Assembly: GCF_009914755.1 (NCBI RefSeq)
Contig: NC_060927.1
Reading direction: 5' to 3' (one strand)
Origin: the human T2T-CHM13v2.0 reference genome, Homo sapiens
Length of the DNA stretch: 64,000 bases
Numbering within the stretch: position 1 is the first letter of the stretch; the number at the start of each line of letters is the position of its first letter. Of this stretch, positions 41,690 to 58,134 are shown piece after piece. Under the pieces are notes generated by a model. That model had not been told where the DNA came from. It searched no databases and was given only the letters and a program-made list of their open reading frames with translations. The translations under genes and the position numbers were made by a program.

Positions 41690-43790
41690 GAATAAATCAT
41701 GCTTGATCATGATAATTATTTTTAAAGTTGAATTCTATTTATTAAATTTTTGCATCTATATTTATAAGGGACATGGATGTAGAGTTATTTCTTTTATTAT
41801 TGCTGGGATTTGGTATCAAGATAATGCCATCCTATTGCAGGAATTGAAAATTTTTCTATCTTTTAATATGTGCTGATATATTTTATATTACATTTGAATT
41901 AGCTTTTCCTTTAACATGCAGTAAATAAATAACAAAAACCCTCAATATAAAGTGGTCTGATACCAAAGGCTTATTTGAAGATAATCATTATTTTGTTTTA
42001 TTTTTTAGTTTTTAGAGATTCAGGGATATATATGCAGATTCGTTACATGGATATGTTGCCTAATGGTGAGGTTTGGGCTTCTACTGTGCACGTTACCCGA
42101 ATAGCAAACATTGTACCACGTGGCTACTTTTTCAACCCTAATCTCTCTATCCTCCCTCCTTTTGAATTCTTTTGTGTCTGTTATTTCCTTTTGTATATTA
42201 ATATGTACCTATTGTTTAGATCCTACTTACCTTCCTGTTTTTGATTTATTTTTCTTAGCATAATAGCCTCTAACTTAATCCATGTTGCTGCAAAATATAT
42301 GATTTCATTATTTTTTATGGCTGAATAGTATTCCATAGTGTATATGTACAACATTCTCTCTGTCCAATCATTCATTGATGAATACTGAGGTTTCTCTCAT
42401 GACTTTGCTATAGTGAATACTACTGTGATAAACATATGAGTGCAGGTGTCTTTTTCATATAACAATTTATTTTCCTTTGGGTATATAACCAGTAATGGGA
42501 TTGCTGGGTTGAATGGTAGTTCTACTTTTAGATCTATCTCTATACTGTTTTCCATAGAAACTGTACTAATTTACATCCCCACCAAGTGTATAAGAATTTC
42601 CTTTTCTTTACATCCTTGCCAACATTTGTGGTTTTCTGTCTTTTTAATTATAGCCATTCTGGCTGGTATGAGATGGTATTTCATTGTGATTTTAATTTGC
42701 ATTTATCTGACAATTAGTAGTGAGCATTTTTCATATGTCTGCTGGCCACCTGTATGTCTTTTTTATGAGAAATGTCTGTTCATGTCCTTTGCCCCCTTTT
42801 TAATAATGTTATTTGATTTTTTTTCTTGTTGAGTTGAGTTCCTTGCATATTTTGAATATTGGTCCTATGTCAGAAGCATAGTTTTCAAATATCTTCTCCC
42901 ATTCTGTAGATTGTCTGTTTATTGATTATTTCATTTGCTGTGCAGAAGCTTTTTAGTTTAATTAAGTATCATTTGTCTATTTTTGTTTTTGTTGCACTTA
43001 CCTTTGAGGACTTATTCATACATTCTTTCCCAAGGTCCATGTTGATTATGGTGTTTCCTAAGATTTATCCTAGGATTTTTATAGTTTCAAGTCTTACATT
43101 TACATCTTTAATTCATTTTGAGTTGTTTTTCGTAGATGTTGAAAGATAGAGGCTCAGCTTTATTCTTCTGCATATGAATATGCAATTTTCCCAGCATCAT
43201 TTATTGAATAGTTTTCTTACTTTGTTATATATTTTTATTGACTTTGTTGAAGATTATTTGGTTGTAGGTATGTGGTTTTATTTTGGAGCTCTCTATTCTG
43301 TTCCCTTAATCTATGCATTTATTTTTATACGAGTACCATGTTGTTTTGGTTACTATAGCCTTGTAGTATAGCTTGAAGTAAGGTAATGTTATACCTCAAG
43401 CTTTGTTCTTTTGCTTAGGAATTGTTTGGTTGTTTGGACTCTTTATCTTTTAATTCCATATGATTTTTAGTATTGTTTTTTCTCATTCTGTGAAAACTGA
43501 TGTTGGTAATTTGAAAGGAATTGTGTTGAATGGAGATAATTATTTAATAATGTTTGTTGCCTATATTACTAATATTTTTCAGACTATTCCTTCTTTTAGA
43601 ATAATTTTGGAATGATATTTTCCCAAGGAAATTATATACTTCATGGATATTTATTTTAGCTTTCTTAAAACATAATTGAGAATATTATTCTCTGATAATG
43701 TTTAATTTCCTTTATGTCTATTATTACTGACAATGTTTTATTTCATTTTTATTGATTAATTTCATCTTCATGTTTATTATTTGATTTCCT
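41690..43790 (-). mobile_element. Very old L1M ORF2 fragment (41690-41990 and 43532-43790) split by L1PA17
   Basis: TTTTTGCATCTATATTTATAAGGGA..TTTGGTATCAAGATAAT; AGATAAT repeated at both junctions. Confidence 0.55.
41992..43531 (-). mobile_element. L1PA17/L1PB-like 3' portion
   Basis: GTTACATGGATATGTTGCCTAATGGTGAGGTTTGGGCTTC 3'UTR, then antisense ORF2 C-terminus. Confidence 0.88.
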
Positions 43791-43839
43791 CTGCCTTTCT
43801 TACAATCTTGTTTTCTTTATAAATTTGCAAATTAATTTT

Positions 43840-44495
43840 CTAAGACAACCACCAAAAACAAAAACAGTTGAAAGAACAAAAGCAGAATATAAAAAGTAAC
43901 AAAAAGTAAATAACTATATGGAAGAAATACATATATATTATATATACATATAAATGCATATAAAGAAACATAAATAAATTATAAATGGAATAAATTCATT
44001 AGCCAAAAGACACACGTGGTCAGAATACCTAAGGAATATAAGGAAAGTTACAGGAAAATAGAAAGTAAAAAGATGGACTAAGATAAATCAGGCAAATGCT
44101 AACCAAAAGAAAGTTGGTTTACTTATATTATTATCAGGGAAAATCGACCTTAAATTAGAATAATTATTCAAGATAAAGAAGGTAACTACACAATGATAAG
44201 AGCTTGATTTCACGGAGGGAAGTTTAGTAACTTAAAATTTATATGCATGTGATATGAATTCAGAGGGGCAGACTGCAATACCTATTCTGGTAATTGATAG
44301 ATCAAGCAGACAAAGCATTAGGAAGGGTATAGAACATGTGAAAAACAATTAACAGTCATGATATAATGAAGATACATAGATTCCTAAAGGCAACAAATAG
44401 AGAATACTCATTTCTTTGAAACACACATGAGATTTATGAAAATTGACTGCAAATTATATAAAACAAACCTTAACTTAATTTCAAAGAATCAAATT
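43840..44495 (+). mobile_element. Old L1M inter-ORF/endonuclease fragment
   Basis: CAGGCAAATGCTAACCAAAAGAAAG..GATAAAGAAGGTAACTACACAATGATAA..TTTATATGCA. Confidence 0.7.
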
Positions 44496-46433
44496 TTCTT
44501 TAAAAGCACCTGTTATCTAAAAGTTATGTGTACTCTATCTCTCAGAATCTGCATCTAAGGGCTGAGTGAACTAGCCCTCATCACCACTGCAGAGAATCTT
44601 TTATCTTTGAACAAAGTGCTGCAAAAGACAGAGACAGTGTAATCCATCATTGGAGTGTTGTGATTTGGACCCACTACTTGTGGTTGAAGTTGGATGGAGC
44701 TATCAGTGTAGGTTCTCAGAGCTGGAGGTTGGAGTCTTCTGATTTTAGTTTCCAGCCATAGGCCTATACCTGAAAGTCACCACTGATTTGGCAGAAGCAA
44801 GTTCCAGAAGTCAAAGCAGGAGAGTTTCAAATTGCCACCTTAACTGGAGTCATATTGCAAATCTCCTATCAGAGTGAATATCAAATTCTTACTGGACCAA
44901 GATGAACGTGATGATTGTCTTCATGTCAATTGGCTTTCATCACATTTGGGCTAAATTCTGTCTTTTCTCCTTTCTTCATTATACAGCCAGGTTCTTGAAC
45001 ACTGCCCAACCATGCTACTTATGTTACAGAGTAAACTCATATCATAGCTAAATCATCCAAGGTAAGCACTTTTGTTGCAGCCTGACCTTTGGGCTGACAT
45101 CTGACTTCTTTCTATACCTTGGATCCATCTCAGCAAAGTGACTAGAATCCTGAATCTCTGATTCTGTAGGTCAAGTCTCAGTGAAATTGCAGTTTCTCTG
45201 AACTGTTGGAGCCTAAAAATGGCATACACTGGGGAAACTAAGGTCAAAATAGAAAAAAAAAAAAAAAAAGAAAACATCCAATTATAAGAAAACTCTAAAA
45301 TGCCACTAGATTTACTCCTTTTGTTGCAAAGGTCATTATAACTTCTATGGTATTTCTACCAAGCATTTTCAAGTATTTCATCTATTATAATTGAAAGAGT
45401 ATACAATGGGAACTATGAGGTTCTGTTGCATTGTAAAGCGCACCATGGGGGATTTCTGGGTGGTGTGATGTATTCACGATTTCATACCTTCTGTAAAGAA
45501 AGTATAGATGATGTTTACATAAATTTAAAAATCACATATCACAGAGTGTGTACGAATAACTAAAATGTAGCAAATCAGTTAAGTGTTTAAAAGTTATTTA
45601 AGAAAATCTGAGATCATCTCAATACAACATATATTAAGCCCCATTCTGTGCTTTGTTAGGCATCTGTTAGTATGAAAAAGCCAGAGTTTATCTGCAAGAA
45701 GCATCAAAAAAAGGCCTAAAATGAATTATAACAAGTTATCCATTCTACTGAGAACATATATAAAAATTAATTCCTCTTTGGAGGAGAGATGGGAGGTTTA
45801 TAAAAACATAAAGAGCAAGTGATATTTGAATTAGATAATAAGATAAACAACTAGTGACGATGTTAGCAGGTGTGTTCCTGTAGAAAAAAAAAAAAAAAGG
45901 TAAGAAGGGAGTGCAGTATGAAAGGTCCTACAAACATTTGTTCCTTATGTTAATGTTTGGATTATACAGCACACTCACCTTTCAAAAAGTTCGTACGTGG
46001 ACCACCTCATTTGTTTCTGTTGACAGCTCCAGACAGGTAGTCATATGATATCATCATTAATACGTTACAGATAAACTCAAGCACAAGTGTTCTCATGAAG
46101 CATTTAATAGGACAACAAAAGAACTGGGACAAGAAACTGCTTTTTGCCATCTTGAAGTTCAATGTTTTTTTGCCATACTCCAATCATTTTACACAATTAT
46201 TATTTTTCCTAAGAACTGTGAGAGGCAATTAATGACAATTGTTACTGATTTCATTCACATGCCACAGAATTAAATAGAAATTCAGCAGTAGCCCTGTAGT
46301 CAACGAGAAGTATATTTTGTTCCTATTGAAAGAGTTCCTATATTGAAAGGGAAAATAATTTTATGGCCATAAATATAAAGTTGTTGCATTTTTTCTGGAG
46401 GTAATATTAAAGAATAATTAGTCCACTTGCTCT

Positions 46434-46890
46434 TTTTTTCTCTGTTGAGTTAAAACATATATAGATAAATGTGTACAGATATGAGCGGTCAGATATATGA
46501 GTTCTCACTAAGCGAGTACACTTGTGTGATAAGCAGTTGGGTCAAGGAACAGATGATGACCAGCTCCCCAGAGGTCATCCTGTATACTGTCTTCCAGTCA
46601 CCAAGGTTAATCATTATTCTGACTTCTCACATCATAGATTGGTTTGCCTGTTTTTTAACTTTGTGTGAATGGAATCATTCACTATGTCCTCTCTTTTATC
46701 TAGTTGCTTTGGCTCAACATTATATTTCTGAGATTTGTTTATATTGTTGCATGTAGTTGTATGCATTCATTCTCATTGCTGTATAATATTCTACTATGTG
46801 AATATATTACAGGTTATTTCTCCTTCTACTATAATAGGCATCTATTTTGGACTATGAATAGTGGCATTATGGATATATTGTACTATCTTT
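46434..46890 (-). mobile_element. L1ME3-like 3' end
   Basis: ACACTTGTGTGA..GGTCAAGGAACAGA..ATTCTGACTTCTCACATCATAGATTGGTTTGCCTG. Confidence 0.78.
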
Positions 46891-47134
46891 TGTTTTGCCT
46901 GATTTCAAAATTATGTAGAAAAGAGCTTCATTAGATAAGTTTAAAAATGTAAGCCAACTTTGTTACAATTTTTCTGAGTAGTTCAGAAGAATAGAAATAG
47001 AAATGGTTAAAAAGAAGTAGATGGGAGAGAGAAAACAGTTTAGGAGAAAATGAAAGAGGGTACCACCTTCATTGTGATCTCTAGTATATAATTACCATGA
47101 TAATTATGATAATGATGGTGATGGTGATGGTAGT

Positions 47135-47530
47135 AGTAAGTATTGAGTATTTGGCAGGTACCAGATATCCTACTAAATGTTTTATATCTGTTATCTCCTT
47201 TAGTCCTCAAAATAGTCTATGGGAGTTTTACAATAATTATACACATTTTATGGAGGAAACTGAGGCTGACACATATCAAATTACTTGCTTAAATCACACG
47301 GCTAGAAATGGATGAAAGCAGGGTTTGAGTTCTGCCTGTTTTCTCTAAATGCACCCCACTAAGCTTAACCACTATATTCTTACATTGCTTTTTAAGATGT
47401 AGATAATTTTATCCCTATTTTACGGTTGCGGAAACTGGTTCTGGATGGTAACTTGTTCAAGGTCACATAGATAAAAAGTGGTAGAATCAGAGTATGAAAA
47501 AAATTAACCCAAAGTCCAGATTTTTGAAAG
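47135..47530 (-). mobile_element. Two MIR fragments
   Basis: TTTTATGGAGGAAACTGAGGCT; TTTTACGGTTGCGGAAACTG..AACTTGTTCAAGGTCACATAG. Confidence 0.75.
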
Positions 47531-47609
47531 TGCTAGAACAGATAAGAGGGAAAGTAAAGAGGAAAGATACAGGATAGAAGAAAAAAGTTATTTAGCACAT
47601 TCCTCAGTA

Positions 47610-47850
47610 AGTGTTCAAACTGTAAAAGAAAAATAATGAAGTATTTTAAAATGGCAGAGTTTAATGGAGGGAATGAGTTATACAGGTGATGCAAGAATTG
47701 ATAAGCCGAACAGTGGACAGTGTGGCAACTAGTGATAAGCATTCATGGCAAAGAACTAAAACAAGGACAAAATGAGCAAATGGTATCAGATCTTAGAGAT
47801 GTGGGTCACCCATTGGAAGCTGGAACCATAGGGACTAATTTGGTGTGAAA
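47610..47850. mobile_element. LTR79-like fragment
   Basis: GGGAATGAGTTATACAGGTGATGCAAGAATTGATAAGCC..GGAAGCTGGAACCA; similar to the 15337 element. Confidence 0.5.
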
Positions 47851-48087
47851 GGATGGAGAGTATCAGACGTAAAATTATACAAATTAGATGGAGAAGACCC
47901 AAGAATTAACAAAGGTGTTTCTAAGGCTGTGGGAGAAATTTGGGCTTGTAGGAATCTCTGGCAAAGGGAAAATTATTAAAAAACTTACCTTTCTAGTAGA
48001 GATAGTACTAAAGGGAAATAGTGAAGGACGATTAAATGTAAAATGAATCCAGAAGATTTTGATTTCTGAAGGATGCACATACTTCAG

Positions 48088-48280
48088 CCTAGCACATCTC
48101 GAAATCTAGTACATGGAGATACTGTTGGAGGGCTTGTTAAAGCAGGTAGACAGTCCTGGGCTCAACTCTGGAAATTCTTACTCACTGAGTCTTGGATGGG
48201 ACCTCGTATTCTGCATTTCTAATGAGATCCAGGTGTTGCTCATAACAGTTGACTCACAGAAGGTATGTTGAGTAGTACTC
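48088..48280. mobile_element. MER5A/B
   Basis: GGAGGGCTTGTTAAAGCAG..TCTGCATTTCTAATGAG..TTGAGTAG. Confidence 0.7.
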
Positions 48281-48603
48281 TTTCAGCATTTAAATTCACC
48301 ACTTACTGATTGAGTGAGTAAATAAGTGGTAGGTCTTCAGAAGATCTGATCACCTAGAAGAAGATGAATATTATTATACCCAACATATAGAATATCACCT
48401 TCTCTTCTCACAGTCACCCCCATCATACAAACAAAAAGGTTGGCATGCAGTAGCATTTCATTTGTTCATTCAGCTACAGATAAATATCTCTGCCAGACAA
48501 AACATTATTTTGATACAATTTGTTCCCTTAAAAATGAAAATAAAAGTCAATCAACCATTATTTCAAAGTATTGTCATGATCATATTAAATAGTTAGAAAC
48601 CTA

Positions 48604-48914
48604 AGCCAGTATGGTGGTTCATGCTTGTAATCTGGCATTTTGGGAGGCTGAGGTAGGTAGATGGTTTGAGTTCAAGAGTTCGAGACCAGCCTGGGCAACA
48701 TGGCAACATACCATCTCTACAAAAAAATACAAAAATTAGCTGGGCACTGTGGCACATGCCTGAAATCCCAGCTACTTGGGAGGCTGAGGTGGGAGGATCA
48801 CCTGAGCTCCCGGAGGTGGAGGCTGCAGTGAGCCCCAGTGGCTCCACTGCTCTCCAGCCTCCAGCCTGGGCAATGGAGTAAGATCCTGGCTCAAAAACAA
48901 GACAAAACAAAAAA
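48604..48914 (+). mobile_element. AluJb
   Basis: GGGAGGATCACCTGAGC, GAGGCTGCAGTGAG; TSD AGTTAGAAAC at 48591 and 48915. Confidence 0.92.
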
Positions 48915-51122
48915 AGTTAGAAACAGCATCTTTATTTTTCAGATTATGAAATTGCGAACATTATGGCATTTTTATTTTATTAACACTGACCTAATTTCTC
49001 AATTTAGGATTTGACACACAGATAGGCTAGTGTAGATTTTCAATGTTAATGTAATGCCTTCTTGAAATATATTAATGTGAAACTTGCTAAGCTTTATTTT
49101 GTAGTAAATATCCATATTGTTATTTTTAGTGCCTCCCTGTTCACAGTCTCCACATTATTTCCTCTCCTATATACAGGCATGAATTCGCTCATATAGATAA
49201 ATACATGCTGCCCAACCCCAACAGCCTCTCAGACATACATATTTTATAACTTAGTAAATCTTAATATACACAGACACTCTCCTCTTTTCTGAGTTTTCAT
49301 TTTCTTGATCTCTCCCTCTCACAGGAAGGATTCTAATCCCTTTTTCCTTCTAGAATGACTCATTATTCATAAGCATTGATTGAACTTCTCTTGTCATTTG
49401 GTCTAGGCCCTTTAAAAGATTTGAATCTATTTTGCATCTGTAACTCAGGATTCAGATTTCCTTTCCAATTTAGGATGTTATTCAGCTCCTTAATCATGTG
49501 CTCCTTTCTAGAACTAGCATCCATTTGTTTCCTGTTCTGTCTTCTCTGAGCCAAATTTCTGGTTTATTTTATGCTTATGCTTCAGAGCACAGGCATTGAA
49601 ATTTTTTGCAACACATGTGCCATGCTGGAAGTATTATCATTTAACATGGATCTATTTATTTTCAAGTTATTATAGATAATGAGAATTTTTTAAAAAAAAT
49701 AGTATATCACCAAATATAACTATTTTTTATGAAAATGTTAAATGCCAGTTTGTTTTTTATTTTGGGGAGCCTTGAAAAGCTTAGGAAAGTAGAAGAAAGT
49801 GGGAATTGCAGCAAATTTCATTTATAAAAAGCAATATACAAAATAGATGATTCAGCAAAAGAGGAGATAAAAAAGGCACTCATGTGAAATAATTTTGATC
49901 TCCTCCAGGTCGCTAAAAGCTACAAGGAGCCACGGTTCCCACACAAAGCCATACTTGAATTCTTGGGAGTATGGAACCTTTAGAAATTATTGAATTTTTT
50001 CTTGTCTTTAGGCAAGGACATCCCTAAGCCAAATTACAGACATAACCCTCTTCCTAAGTTAAAATTGCCTGGAAGAAAAGACCCCGCAGCCTTCTTTGCA
50101 ATCTTCAGTTCGATATTTGGGAGCACTCACTCTTCTTTCTTTTTATTACCCTTGCATTAATTTTCTGTGCATACGCAAGAATTTTACTGACTATGCCTTA
50201 TGTAATTTGTATGGTTGATGCTGAGAAATGTATCGCCATTCATCTTCTACAAAAAAAAGGTGTAATGCAGAGCAGTTACACACAGTAACATAAGTACACA
50301 ATTTTAAACTAAGTGTTTTTGCAGGCTAGATTTTGTTTTTCAAGAAACCACAGAAACAATGTCCAAGATTCTCAGTGTGAATATTTGCATGTTTCTGAAT
50401 TTTTCAACTGGCTTAAGAGATTCAGACATTACACATGAGAATTTGCTATAAAATGGCATAAATAACTTCAGAGTTAGGAAATACATGATAAATTTGGCAG
50501 CTGTCTTGCGGGCAATCAGCATGCTTTCCTCCTTAACTCTTCATTATTGACTAGGAGAAGCAGTGGACACAGTCTCCGAAGTTGAGAGCCATTTGAGAAT
50601 CAGTTGAGAAGTTTGAGAACCAGGTATGTGGGGTAAGTTCAAAACCCTGTCTTAACTGCTCAAGCCCTGCTGTGAACCACATCATTTTTTCCTTTTGTCC
50701 TTTCTCCAGTCTGACATGGAGACCTGATTGAATTCTCTTTAGAGTTGGGTTGTGAATTCCATGAGTGCAAGAACTGTATCTGGCCTTATACTTCTGTATG
50801 TCTATCATTGAATATACTATCTGGCTCAAAGTAGAACTTTGCTTAAAAAATGAATTAAGCAAAAGATAGAATTCAGGAGCTAAGGAAGCAGATAAATGCA
50901 TTTACTTGACTTTTTAGATCAATTTTCCTATATGCCAGGGTTTTCTTTTTTACAAGAATGATTACCACATTTAAAAAATTGAGATATAATTTGTGTACTA
51001 TAAAATTTATCCTTTAAAAATTCATCATTTAGTGGTTTTTAATTAGATTCATAAAATTGTGCAACCATCACCACTATCTAATTCTTGAATATTTTCATCA
51101 CTCCAAAAAGAAATGCCATATC

Positions 51123-51144
51123 CACACACACACACACACACACA
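51123..51144. repeat. (CA)11
   Basis: Direct reading. Confidence 0.97.
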
Positions 51145-51309
51145 CTTTTACAGCTAATAAATAAATTCAGGAAACTCACAGGATGCAAGATCAACACCAA
51201 AGTCAATTGTATATTTATACACGAGACATGAATGCCCTGAGAATGAAATTAGAAAAACAACTTAATTTATAATGTCATAAAAAAGTGCTCAGGAATAAAT
51301 TAACTAATA

Positions 51310-51312
<3 letters not shown>

Positions 51313-51350
<38 letters not shown>
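51313..51350. repeat. (TG)19
   Basis: Direct reading. Confidence 0.97.
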
Positions 51351-51353
<3 letters not shown>

Positions 51354-54270
51354 TTCGTAAGAATTTCTACATGCAAAATAATGTCATTTGCAAATAGAAA
51401 TAGTTTTTCTTTTTCCTTCCCAACCTAGATGATTTTTATTTCTTGTTTTTTTGCCTAATTGCCCTTGCTGAACCTTGGGTACTAGGTATAGTAAATGTGG
51501 CAAGAGATGACATCCTTTTCCTATTCTTGTTTGAGTACCACCTCTCAAAAATAAAAACTACATAGATTTATACTTCCCAGATTGTTTGGCTCATTATTAA
51601 ACTTTCTTCTCAACCAAACTTTTAATTATGACTTCTGACACCGAGCAGTATTCATTTATTAGCATTGAGGGGAACGTGATAAAGTTCAAAGCATCTAACT
51701 TATCTTAAAAACTCAACTCTTACTGGAGAATGAGAATACATTTTTATAGAGGGCAAAGCAATACATGTTATAAGAGAATTACAAGGCTTTCACAAGAAGG
51801 AGAGAAGACATTCCACGATAAATCATCAAAGGCACTGAAAAGAAGAAAACACTTCATTTGGGTTTAGTAGAAGAGGCAGGCTTAAGAATTTGTTTTTAAC
51901 TAAGGTAAAAAAATCATAAAATATGAAGCAGGACAGCATGAAGCATGTTTTCGGACCTCTGAGTAATCCAATTTGAGGAAACTTAAATTGGCCTTGGGAA
52001 GTAGCCAAAAATAAGTGTCAGGAGTTTCTGAGAAACAATTACGCACGTAACTGCAGTGATCAGAACCAACCACTTCTGCGAAGCTTACAGAGAAGCCATG
52101 TTTTAGTAGCTCCTCTTGGACCTTCATGCTTTTCACCAGGCCTATGTCGGTGGGAGTGGGTGGGTAGGTGGGATAGGGTCTATCATAAATCATTCTTGCT
52201 ACTCTCCATGAAAAGACTAGTGGCTGAACCCAAAGATGCTCATATCCTTCTAAATGATTACTGAGCTGTACTGATGGGATCATTTCCATTAGACTACTTG
52301 ACCTTCTCAATTTCAAAGTTTGTACCCACTGCTTGATGGGTCTTTTACACATGTGGCTCTGCCTTCTGACCTAAGAAATTTGCAGGAATTCTGGCAGTCT
52401 TCAGGCTATTGCAATGTGAAATTAGAAGAGGTGATGATAGCTGTAAACTCCAGAAGAAACCACGTTTCTTGAGCCAACTCCTCTGAAAGCTTCTGTAATG
52501 AGTACGCTGTGTCGCATTTAGGTCTTGCTTTAGGCTTGTAGGCTTGTTTATTCAGGGGGAACATTTTTGAAACCCCACAAACAGACTTGAAATCCATTCC
52601 TTCTAAGTCAAAGCTACTCTTATTAATTTGGTACGTGACATATCTGTGTCAGACAGTCCTCATATGTAAACAGAAAAACTAAGTGTTAGCTATTAGTGTT
52701 GAAATATATGAACATTTGCTGTAGTTTTGCTGAAGCATTTTAAAATATGGAAAGGTAGAATGGTTATTTTCCTTTTGGCAGTTTTTCCTAAGAAAGGATC
52801 CCGCAACATCAGTTCCAAGAGATGATAGAGAGAAAAAGATTCTGGGACTGTACACAATCTGACTGCTTTTGGGATGCTCACAATGCACATTAAAAGAGAA
52901 GAGGTTCTGGAAAGTCCTGCAGTGAAGGAACCACTTAATCTAGGGTTTTTCAAATGTATTTGAGCACAAAAACTTTATTTATCTAAGAGCCATTCACATT
53001 CCGCAGGACTCATTTTCTGTGAATAGATTTAGGAAACTTTGTTCCAGAATGAAGAACGGAATAGGAGTTTTCTTTAAAAATAACATCATCACACAAACAA
53101 AATGCTTAAAGTTCTTGAGCTATAAAGTATGTGTGCTTAATTTAATTGCTGCAAATGGTTAGGAAAATAGCTTAATAAAAAACAATAGAGCAGAAGAAGT
53201 GAGAAACAAAAACCACATATAATCCTCTTGCAGCCTCATCATGCTTTCCTGCATGCCCATGTTGGGCCTCTTTATGAGACCCAGATGACAGCTCTCCCCT
53301 CACCCTTGTTCATGACACTGCTTGTGCTGGTTCTGTTCTTGCTCCATGGTAAACTAGACACAAAATGAAACCCCTCAAGATATCTCCCTAAGGCTTCCAT
53401 ATGCATAGCATAACAGTGTTCGAGAGGAATGTGCTTGTTGATTGAAGCATTTGTGGAGCACACAGAGAGGCAGGTTTTTAATCACACATCAAACAAACAT
53501 CTATTTTTTTTTAATTATTCCAAGGCTTTTAGCTTGTGTCCTCAAAGGAGGTTCTTTACCCTTCCCTTCCAGGCTTCCATTTCTTCCACACTCAGATCCT
53601 CCTGGAGAGCTCTAGAGGCCTCCCCTCCCTACCATATTGAAAATTCTGTTCTCTCCTTGCTACTGCTCCAGATTCGTATACCCCAGTTCATCTATATACA
53701 TAGAAAAATATAAAAGAACCTCTGTTTACTCTGATGTTCCATGATGCAGGTAGCAATTCGGTGGTTGTCTCTTTCTATTTAAGTAAGCTTTTTAGGATCT
53801 CAACCCCAATCAGCATATCAAAGTGTTTTTTTCCCAAAGAGACACAGTGGTACACCCATTTAGCATTCTAGTGAATGAAGTTTTGTCTGTTGATTTCGTC
53901 TTAAAAATTAGAAGCTAACCATGATTTTATAAGTTTCTACTATTGCTCTCCTCAGTTGCCTGACAAAAGGAGCTTTTACATTAGCTTTTAATAAGATACA
54001 GTTGAAAGGTTACTTTAAAATATTGGTGTCTCTAAGCTATTTTTTATTTGTTTACTTATTATTATTATTATACTTTAAGTTCTAGGGTACACGTGCACAA
54101 CATGCAGGTTTGCTACATATGTATACATGTGCCATGTTGTTGTGCTGCACCCATTAACTTGTCATTTACATTAGGTATATCTACTAATGCTATCCCTCCC
54201 CACCTCCCCCAACCCCACAACAGGCCCCGGTGTGTGATGTTCCCCTTCTGTGTCCATGTGTTCTCATTGT

Positions 54271-58071
<3,801 letters not shown>

Positions 58072-58134
58072 TGTGATGTTAGCTGGTTATTTTGCTCGTT
58101 AGTTCATGCAGTTTCCTCCTAGCCTCGATGGTCT

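Larger units (their letters stand above)
50970..51530 (-). mobile_element. Rearranged L1MB (3'UTR, inverted ORF2 piece, ORF2 piece)
   Basis: TTGTGCAACCATCACCACTATCTAATT (L1MB 3'UTR); 51145-51310 sense ORF2; 51351-51530 antisense ORF2. Confidence 0.8.

Noticed and set aside
49975-50115. Possible L3/CR1 relic
   Set aside because: Similarity too weak to call by eye; needs an HMM search.
51900-52352. 150-aa ORF in unique DNA
   Set aside because: No recognisable domain or homolog and no convincing exon structure; ORFs of this length can occur by chance in 64 kb.
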